A stretch of 63,826 bases of DNA, counting the filler, from Reclinomonas americana ATCC 50394 (Eukaryota), in assembly GCA_048213135.1 (NCBI GenBank). It is 12 parts of 12 records of this genome, joined end to end, with 100 filler letters (N's around TTAATTAATTAA, not from the genome) between each part and the next. Parts side by side here need not be neighbours in the genome. Positions count along the whole stretch, not along the records: positions 27,986 to 32,985 come from AFZH01018168.1; positions 33,086 to 42,067 come from AFZH01018170.1; 10 more parts are not named here. The stretch is one strand, 5' to 3'. This document shows, piece after piece, positions 31,285 to 41,400 of this stretch. The notes beneath the pieces were generated by a model. It was not told the DNA's origin, ran no database searches, and saw only the letters and a list, made by a program, of their open reading frames with translations. Within the stretch, counting starts at the first letter, position 1. The number at the start of each line of letters is the position of its first letter. The position numbers and the translations under genes are program-made.

Positions 31285-32773
31285 TCACTCTTCCATCTCC
31301 TCATCTGGTGGTGGCACCGGCGGCTGCGCGACGCGAGTTATATTCCAGCCAGCAAATCAACTCAATCCCTCTTCCTCAATCTCACCAACACGAGTGGAGC
31401 GCCGAGTGACGATGAGAACCAAGGCGTCTGCGGGTATTCGAGTCCGGCTTGGTCCAATTCGCCGAGGAACTCCTGCACCCTGTATATCTTGTCCTCCAGA
31501 AGCTCAAGGTCCTCGTCGGCAGTCGTTTCGCGCTGCCCTTCCAGCTCGTGCAACAGCTCTTGCACCTCTGCTATCTTCTGCTTGTGAAACGCTACCGCAC
31601 GCTGTCGCACAGAGCGATTCACCGTCGTCATGATTGAGTGCAACTCGCCACCCTTCCGCAGTTGCCTCTCCAGCGCCTGCGCGTAGAATGACACTCGCAT
31701 GTATTCTGCGTCGACAGTCAGTGAGTGAATGAGTGAGAGTCTACCACAGTCATGGCCTGCAGGGCTCACGCACCAATCTCGTTGATGTTGCGCGGCGGTG
31801 CGAATGCCGGCTTGCCGTTGGCGGTGGCGTAGCCGATGAGACAGCCGTCGAAGAACTGTGGTGCGATTTGGCTGCTCAGCTGGCCCAGCGAGGAGCCCAT
31901 GCTGCCGGAACGGGGCACGGTTTTGCTGCATGGCGAGTCAGGGCGAGAGAGGAAAAAAAAAGGAGGGGGAGGAGAGGAGCAGACCGTGGTGGGGGCATCC
32001 AGCTGCGGCAGCAGTCGAGGAGTATGATGAGGGAAACGTCGCGCTCGTGAGTTGCATCTTGCAGGTCGCGGACGATGCTGCTGACGCTGACCCAGTGTTG
32101 CTTTTTCTAGAATGGGGAAGAGAGGGGAAGGGTGTGAAAAGAGATGCATGCACGAAGAATCGAGCTCAACAGGAAAGAAAGTGAAAAATGAGAGGAGATG
32201 CCAATCCGGATGTTTGAAGAGGCAAGAATGAAACAAACCGCAGGAATGACAGAAGGACAGGAGGTAAGGAGGTGCTATCGCAGTGAGGAAAAGGCGACAG
32301 GCAAAGGGAAAGAGGAAGTGAAAGTGTGATCGGAAGGAAGGCAGAACAAATCAGCGAGAGCAGAAGGGCGATGGAGTGCACCGACGAGAGGGAGAGAGAG
32401 AGAGGACGAGAGCGATCAGCCCCTTTCCCTCATCTTACCTGCACGTCGGACCAGTTGCCGTTGTGGCCATCACGCGGAATGAGATAGTTCTCGTTCATCA
32501 ACTGCGCGCGTGACAGTCCGAGTGAACCGCCCGCTCCACCGTCGGCGGAGCTCGAGAGGCTCTGACCGTGGCCGACGTAGTAGAAGAGCACGACGTGCTG
32601 GTGATCGGCGGCGGCGGCGGCGGCGGCGGCGGGGTCGCGGAAGGGAAAGGCGTGGTTGATGTGGGGAATGAGCGTGTCGGTCCACCACTCGTCAAAGTCG
32701 CCTTTTGTCTGGAATCTGTCGGTGGCGGGGAGGCACTCCCAGCCCGCGTCGTGGAAGTAGCCTTGAAGGAGCT
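31285..32773 (-). CDS. Caspase-family protease, copy A (first exon lost in gap)
   Basis: ELLQGYFHDAGW...VLFYYVGHG (32773-32439)|KKQHWVSV...IILLDCCRSW|...GCLIGYATANGKP|...SFYAQALERQL...QTPWFSSSLGAPL|PPVPPPDEEMEE*. Confidence 0.87.
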
Positions 32774-32911
32774 CTGTCATGGGGGGAGAGAGGGGGGGGG
32801 GAGGGAGGGGAAGAGAGAGAGATTCAGAGTGTGCATGTGTGTGCTTGTGTGTGTGCGTGTGTTGTGTTGTGTTGTGTTGTGTTGTGTTGTGTTGTGTTGT
32901 GTTGTGTTGTG

Positions 32912-32973
<62 letters not shown>

Positions 32974-33085
32974 AGAGAGAGGAGANNNNNNNNNNNNNNN
33001 NNNNNNNNNNNNNNNNNNNNNNNNNNNNNTTAATTAATTAANNNNNNNNNNNNNNNNNNNNNNNNNNNNNNNNNNNNNNNNNNNN

Positions 33086-33241
<156 letters not shown>

Positions 33242-33334
33242 CTCTGTGTCTGCATGCGCGCGTGTGATCCGTTTTGACAGAAACTCGCTTGCATTTTGAG
33301 TCGCCTCTCACTCTCCTCTCCACCTTTGTCGCAG

Positions 33335-36300
33335 AAAATACAAGCGTGTTGCTCTACTGATCGGGAACAAGTGCGAAGACATTCGTGAGGAAGAAAATCA
33401 CCTGCACTATCAACCTGCGTTTGGTCAGCTGAGGAACCCAGAGCGTGATGTTGGTGTGTGGTGTTAATTCAGCCTGTGCATGTGTGATCATGAGTGCATT
33501 TGTGCAGCTCTCTCTCCTTCTCTCTCTCTCTCTCTCTCTCTCTCTGTCCCCATCTCGCTGTTACACACGATCTCTCAGTCGTTCTCTCCTTCCCCTCCTG
33601 CAGCTGTGTTGCAGCCGGTTCTGGAGGAGTGTGGCTTTCACGTCAGATCATTTGTCGACGTGATGGCTGATGACATGCATACGGTGCTTGACGAATTTGT
33701 GCGGGATGAAGTGAACGCAAAGTGCGAATGCGTGCTGCTGTTCTTCTCTGGCCACGGGTTGGCGATTGATGGAGACCTATTGCTCCTCCCAAGTAACGTC
33801 AATAGAAAGAGTGTCTCCAGATCACGTGTGGTGAGTTCTACCTCTCTTGTGATCTGATAGTTTGGAAGCCGTTTTTCACACGGTGTGCATGTATGTAGCT
33901 GAGCGGTGAGAAATCGCTGAAGCTCGTCGAGTACTGTGTTGATCGACTGTGGCGGAAGTCATCAAGGCGTACGGTAGTGATGTTGTTGATGAATTGCTGC
34001 CGTTCCATCGACAGGTGAAGACAGAGTCATGACGCCGCGCACTTCGGGGCTTGCACTTTCTCATCCGTTACATGCGTGTGCGTTGGTACAGCTCACAGCC
34101 GCGGAATGTCACCCCGATTGACGAATGGACCCTGCCGAAGAATGTATTTGCTGGCTTTGCTTGTTATCACGGCTGGGAAGCTTACGAGGGTGGTGAGTAA
34201 TGTGGGAGAAATGTTTTTGTGCATATTGCGAACGTCCCACTCAATTTCGTCCCTGAATTGCAGACAACGAGTCTCCATATGTCTTGGCACTTGTGCGCGC
34301 CATCACGGAGCATGGGCACCTGCGACTTAGTGCGTGGCACGAGCAAGTGGGGTTCATCTTAGCAGAGGTCCAGGAACGGGGTCAAGTGCAAGAAGCAGTG
34401 CATCGTCATCGACTGATGGAAAAGGCGCTGAATGCATTCCGACTGAGTTTGCATCCAGGTGAGTAGCTCTGCATATCTCGTTTCGTGCATTTACTTGACG
34501 TCGCTCTGTTGTCTGTTCGTGTCTTCTCCACCATGCGTACGTTGGGAACTCTATCGTTTTTCGTAATCCGTGGTCGCGCCCGCGAAGTCTGCAGCTCACT
34601 CATTATTGTCATAGGCATCCTAGAGCATTGTCGCCGGGAGCTCTCCTTCTACCAACACGATGAGAGTGTGCAAAAGGACATGCACATGTATGTGTCACTT
34701 CTGTGCTCACGTGATCATGACGTCTCTGCGCGGGACAAGATGACGGACTTGTTCACGGAGGTGGACGTCTTCCTCTCCGACTCCAACGTCACGCAGCGTG
34801 TGCTGGTGCTCTTTGGCAACAGTGGAGCCGGCAAGACCACCACCATGTCGGTACTGGCCAAGCGAGCATGGCGACATTGGCAGACAAGGGAGAGTAGACG
34901 AGTGCCGGTGCGTGTGCCTCTTGGTGCACTGCGCAATGCCGATGAGCGACTGCTGGAGGAGGCACTCAAGCGATTGTCTCCCGAGAAGATTGATGTGCGA
35001 CGGTTAAAGGATGAGCCACTGCTGTTGTTGCTTGACGGATACGATGAGTTGTATCGTGGCGTGAATCTGTTTGTCAAGAACCAGTTGGATTTGTGTCGCG
35101 ATGTGAAGGTTATTGTCACCTGTCGAGGTGATTACGCACTGACGGCACTGGGTGGTGTGACACAATATCGACGACTGTTTGCACCGGTGGATGCACGAGG
35201 ACAGTTGTGCTTGCAGCAGCTGATGGAGCGACACATTGCGCCGTTCAACAAGGAGCAGATTGAGGAGTACTTCAAGCGTCTAGTGCGAGTTGGTGGTGAC
35301 GATGGTGACGGTGATGTGCGATGGTCGACTGCCGAGGAGTACATTCGTGCGCTGAAGAGTGTACACGGACTGGATGCATTGGTGTCGAATCCATTCCTAT
35401 TGACAGTGGTGGCTCGTGTATTGCCGCAGTTGGTGGCGAGTGGTGTGCAGCGACCGACTCGGTATGATGTGTTTGACCGATTCATTCGGCAGTGGATTGT
35501 GAGGGAGCAGGAGAGACAGACGCGTCTTGGTGCAGAGCGTGTGCCGAGTGAGGAGACTTGTCTGGCATTCTGTGAGGGCCTAGCGCGCCTGATGCATGAG
35601 AGAAATGTGGTGCGTGTGTCTGCGATGGCTGACAGGGAAGAGGATGAGGACTTTGGTGGTGCGCCACTCGCCTTGCGACGCGTGGAAGAGAGAGCGTTTG
35701 ACAAGTTTCTCGGTCACAAGAACCAACATGTACGAGTGTGCTGTCCGATTGTGCGACGGTATGGGACGACGCAGTGGGGATTCGTGCATCTGTCGTTGCT
35801 GGAGCACTGTGTGGCACGGCATGTGTTTGCGTGGGAAACGTGGGATGAAGCGAGGCGATTGACGGTGGAGGAAGTGCAGCAGCATGTGCTTGCAGTGCGA
35901 CTGCTGAACGACGGGCCGTCGTTGATGGAGCAAATGGCCGAGGTAGTGCGACGGTCTCCTCAATTGCAAGCGAGGCTGTGGGAAGTGATTGAGTTGTCAA
36001 GGGAGGTGGATGAGGAGAGAGTGGTGACGGCAGCGGCGAATGCAGCTACAGTGCTGTGTGTGGCACAAGTGTCGTTCAGTGGGCGCGATCTGTCTGGTGT
36101 GCGAGTGAGGGGTGCGGATTTGAGGGATGCGGTGATGCACAGGACGGTGTGGAGGGGAGCGGATTTGCGAGAGGTGAATGTGTGCATGGCGTATGCGAGG
36201 GAGGCGGATTTCAGAGGGGCGGATGTGACGGATGTGAAGTGGCCGAGGAAGCCGATGGTAGGGCACACAGGATCCGTATGGTCCGTCGCCATCACTCCCG

Positions 36301-38186
36301 ATGGACAGCGTGTTGTGAGTGGGGGTGAAGACAAGACTGTGCGGGTGTGGTCGCTGGCAAGTGGCGAGGAGGTGCGACGACTGGAAGGCCACACCGCGCA
36401 GGTGAAGTCTATTGCTGTCACTCCTGACGGTTGTCATGTTGTCAGTGGGGGGGAGGACAACACTGTGCGTATGTGGTCACTGACCAGTGGCAAGGAAACA
36501 CGGCTGTTGGAGGGACATACTGGTGGGGTACTAACTGTTGCTCTCACTCCTGATAGTCGGTACATTGTCAGCGGTAGTTGGGATAAAATGGTGCGTGTTT
36601 GGCCGCTGTCGCATGAAGAAGAAGTCCGTCGATTGGAAGGACACACAGAGTCGGTGATGTCTGTGACTGTCAGTCCCGATAGTCGCCATATTATAAGTGG
36701 AAGTTCTGATGCGACTGTGCGAGTGTGGGTGTTGGCAAGTGGGAAGGAAGAGCGTCGGTTGGAGGGACACGCCTGGGGGGTGCGGTCTGTTGCCATCACT
36801 CCCAATGGACAACACATTGTCAGCGGGAGCGAGGACATGACCGTGCGAGTGTGGTCGGTGGCAAGTGGAAAAGAAGTCCGGCAATTCCAAGGACATGCTG
36901 GTTGGGTGTCGTCTGTTGCCGTCACTTCTGATGGTCAGCACGTTGTGAGCGCCAGTTATGACAGAACTATACGCATCTGGTCACTGGAGAGTGGAGATGA
37001 AGTACGGCGCCTGGAGGGGCACACAAGTTGGGTGTACACTGTTGCTGTCACTTGCGACTGGCAGCACGTGGTGAGTGGAAGTTGGGACAAGACATTGCGC
37101 GTGTGGTCAGTGGCGAGTGACGAAGACGTGCGACGGTTTGTAGGACATAGCGAAAGAGTGCGTTCGCTGGCCACGATAATCGATGCTCAACACATTGTGA
37201 GTGGAAGTCATGACTATAGTATTCGAGAGTGGTCAGCAGTGAGCGGAGAAGAGGTGCGGCGGATGGAGGGACACACTGATTACGTTTTGTCTGTGGCTCT
37301 TTATCTGCCTAGCATGCAGCTTGGTAGCGGTAGTGATGACAAGACAGTGCGGATATGGTCACTGGCAAGTGGCGATGAAGTGCGACGGTTGGAGGGACAC
37401 ACTGGAGGAGTATTGTCCGTCGCCTTCGCTCCCGATGGCCAACATATCGTGAGTGGAAGTTCTGATAAAACTGTGCGTATCTGGTCACTGGCAAGTGGCG
37501 ATGAAGTGCGACGGTTGGAGGGACACACTGGCTACGTCTGTGCTGTTGCAGTCACTCCCGATGGCCAGCATATTGTGAGTGGTAGTGCTGATAAGAATGT
37601 GCGAGTTTGGTCACTGGCGAGTAGAGAGGAAGTGCGACCGTTGGAGGGACACACCGGTGCTGTGCTTTGTATTGCCGTCACTCCCGATAATCAACACGTT
37701 GTGAGTGGCAGTGCTGACATGACAATACGGGTGTGGTCATTGGCGAGTGGGGAGAAAGTGCTTCTAGTGGAGGGACATGTCTGGGATGTACGATCTGTCG
37801 CAATCAGTTGTGATGGTCAGCACATTTTGAGCGGCGGCGGAATGTTTGACAGGACTGTGCGATTGTGGTCACTGGCGACTGGGATTGAACTTGGACAGTT
37901 GCACGGACACACCGACTCCGTGAACTCAGTTGCTTTCGCATTCGACGGTCAGCATGTCGTGAGTGGGAGTGATGACAAGACAGTTCGACTGTGGTCACTA
38001 GCGACTGTTACGGGGATGCGCTGTAACACGGTAGCCGACGCAACCGGTGCATCTCGCACTTACCCCACTGCAACCAAAGATACTGTGCGAGCATCTGACT
38101 TGTCGGCACGGAGGTCGCAGCACGAAAACTTGCTCGAGCGAGTATATGGCTCATTCTTGCCAGATTTCACCGACGCTTTGTATTAG
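33335..38186 (+). CDS. NLR-like STAND protein: caspase (C14) - NACHT - pentapeptide repeats - 14x WD40; 5' exon(s) in gap
   Basis: Exons 33335-33453, 33604-33830, 33899-34014, 34092-34192, 34264-34458 and 34615-38186 splice in frame (all GT-AG). Motifs: KRVALLIGN...LRNPERD, LLFFSGHG, LLMNCCR, Walker A GNSGAGKT, Walker B LLLLDGYDE, VTCR, SNPFLL, pentapeptides GADLRDA/GADLREV/EADFRGAD, 14 GH...W repeats. Confidence 0.9.
36261..38005 (+). repeat. 14 tandem 126-nt WD40-coding repeats with high internal conservation
   Basis: 42-aa units GHxxxVxSVAxTPDGQHxVSGSxDxTVRxWSLASGxEVRRLE. A 50-nt block is identical at 37356-37405 and 37482-37531. Confidence 0.93.
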
Positions 38187-38487
38187 TAATGATGCACGTG
38201 AAATGCTTACGTGAGTAAATGCGACAAGGAGTGCTTACCATCATCAGCGGCAGCAAGGACAGAACGGAGTGCGCAGACTGACGTATCGTCGCAGCCACAG
38301 CCAAGCGGTCGGGATGAAATTCTTCATCAGTGATGTATTACTTGTGAAAAGCTCCCCGCCGTCACTTGCGATATCTCCGTCATGGAAAAGAGTAACGATT
38401 CTCCCCTCTTTGACTCCCGAGACTTCACTACAAGTCTAGTTGAATATTCGAACTACTTCAGTCATGTTATGAAGCGTTGTATTGCAA

Positions 38488-41400
38488 TCACCTCTCTCCT
38501 TCCGCCTCCTGCACCCCAAGCCAAGCATCTCCCTGCTCCCTCTCTGTCCCATCTCTTTCCCGGTCCCTCACACTTTCCCCCACCACCACCACCCCCACCG
38601 GCAACGGCGGCAACGGCGGCGGCATCTCCCCCACCCTCACCACCCCCACTCCCACCACCCCCACCCCCTCCTCCACCACCGGCGCATATAACTGCCCATG
38701 CAACTCCCGCAACCTCCTCTCAATATCCCCCACATCCGCCGCCGGATCCTCCGCCAACTTCTCCGCCCGCTCCAGCGCCAACAACTCCCGCATGGCACGA
38801 TACATGTCCAACGACGACGCCAGCCGCGGCACCACCGCCGCCGCCCCCTCACCGCCACCCAACGAATTCGGCATCTCCGCCTGCTCCAGCGGCGGCAGCA
38901 GCACCACATTGCGCCGCGGCTGAGCCGGCGGCGACACGTCGCCCAGCAGCTCGACCGTCACCGAGCTTTCGGAAGCACCGCCACCGTCGGGGCTAGGCAG
39001 CCGGTAGACGGCATCATCATCATCGTCACTGCTGCTGCAAGTGCTCGCGCTGCGGCTGCGATTAAGAGCGGGAGCTTCCTCGGCGCGTGGCGACCGCGGC
39101 GTGTTGAGCACACTGATGGTGGTGCGCGGCGGCGCCATCATCATCGGCTCCATCTCCCACGCCCGCGGCGAGCGGTCCACAGGAGTGGCCACAGGTGACG
39201 GAGAGCCGGGAGCGTGCGTGGCGTCGACCTCCAGCCTCGGCACCGTGTCCATCTGCAATCGCGGGGTTTGGCCGCCATCGGCGCGATACCAGGCGTTGCC
39301 GACGCGATTTGCGGCTGCAGGGCACAGTGAATTAGCTGCGCACAAAACACGCACGGATCTCGCTCCAAAACGCATTCTATACCACGGTGGATCATGCAGC
39401 TTAGTCTCTCTCTCCCTCCCCCTCCCCCTCCTCTTCTCCCGATCACAAACACTCCAGCTTCGTCATAAACATACGTCCAAAACACCACAGCATCACGATC
39501 TGCACTTCCATGATATCTCCCAATCTCTCTTCTCTCCTCTCTTCTCCGCTATCCTCCCTCCCCCTCCCCGTCCCCTGATCACACAGACTCGAGCTTCGTC
39601 GTAAATATACGTCAAACGACAACATCGCGATCAGCACTTCCATTCTGTCACCCATCTCTCCGCTCTCCCCCCCCTCTCCCCCCACTCACCCCTGCTCCTC
39701 CTCCCCCTCAACCACACAATCAGCAGCCTCAGCGAATTGAAAAACTTCCTCGCAATCGGATACGCCAGAATCGCCCCCACCACCGACACCACCACAATCG
39801 CGGCCTTGACCTGCGCGTCCGTCGACACTTGCGACGAGAACAGCGTGGAGATCACCACCAAGCCGAGAAGACCAATGGCCTGCAATGGCGATATATGAGA
39901 GAGAGTTCTTGACAGAGAGAGGGAGAGGGTGGGAGGGAAAGGGAGAGAGAGAGACAGCTGTGTGAGTGAGCAAGACATGGCGAAGCAATGAAACAAGATG
40001 GTCCATCGGAGCACTTGCTCTTCTCTTGTGTCGCTCTCTCCTCCTGTACGCTCTCTCCTCTCGTGTCGCTCTCTCCTCCTGTGTCGCTCTCTTCTCCTGT
40101 CTCGCTCTCTCCCCTTATATCTCGCTCTCTCCTCTTGCGCCGCTCTCTCCTCTCGCGTCGTTCCCTTCTCTTTTGTCGATGTCTCCTCTTGTGTTGCTCT
40201 CTCCTCCCGTGTCATCTCTCCTCCTGTGTCGCTCTCGTCTCCTGTGTCGCTCTCTCCTCTTGAGCTGCTGTCTCCTGTCGTGTCACTCTCTCCTCTCGCG
40301 TCACTGTCTCCTCCCGCGTCACTGTCTCCTCCTGTGTCGCTCTCTTGTCTCATATCACTCTCTCCTCCTGTATCGCTCCCTCCCTCAATGTCTCGCTCTC
40401 TCCTCCTGTGTCGCTCTCATCCTACATGTCTCGCTCTCTCCTCTTGAGTCGCTGTCTCCCTGTGTCGTTCCTTCCTAGCGTGTCGCGCGTAGAGGGTGAA
40501 GAAGAGGGGAGGGGAGAATGCGAGAGCTGACACGACACAAGAGGAGAGAGAGCCGGGACGAGAGCGACACGAGAGAAGAGAGCGAGACAAGAGGAGAATA
40601 AACGCAAATGAACATGCGAGACTAGGAGAGCAAGATGTGCAACTCTCTCCTTCCCCTCCTTCTCCCCTCCTTCTCCCTTCCTTCTCCCTTCCCCCTGTCC
40701 TCTTCTCTCCACAAACCTCCAGCACATTATCTTTCTGGTGATGATACGGATGGCAGATAAAGTGCACCACCACAAAGCCGACGCACACCATCCACAGCGC
40801 CAACGGAAGCACCTCGAGATTGTTGGTGGCCGCCAGCGGGAAGAGCACGCTGACCACAACCAGACGACGGGAGAGCTGGTAGCCTGTGAGAGGAGATGAG
40901 ATGCAAAAGAGAAACGCACCTCTACACGAATACGCACCCTGGAACCACACAAACTTTGGCTTGAACTGGTCGTACAGAGGGCCAAAGCGGCCCTTGATCT
41001 GTGCGCGAGAATTAGTTCGTCACTCCTTGCAGAAAGAGCTCAGTGCAGCACCCATGACCTTGTCCTCTTTCTCTCACTCTCTCACTCTGCGCACCTCCCA
41101 GGTCAAGTTTGCATATCTTCTGTGCACGTTCAGTGCACGCCCTTGGTCACACCTTATTTTCTTCCTTTCTCTCACCCGGAGCTCCTCAAGATGATGTTGA
41201 CGACTGCTCACTCAGAGCACACCCTTGTGTTTGTCTTCTTTTTTTCTTTCTCTCTTTCTCTCTCTCATCATCTGCTCCTCAGGGCCATGCTGATGGCCCC
41301 TCTGTGCTCTCTCTCTCTCTCTTTCACTCGTCGCCCTACCACACCAGCACCTCAAGCTCATACTGACAACTCCTCCGTGCACGCTCAGTGGACGGACCCT

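Noticed and set aside
34485..34614. N-terminus of the 1233-aa ORF as given in the track
   Set aside because: Lies inside the intron 34459-34614; the real N-terminal region is the spliced caspase domain.
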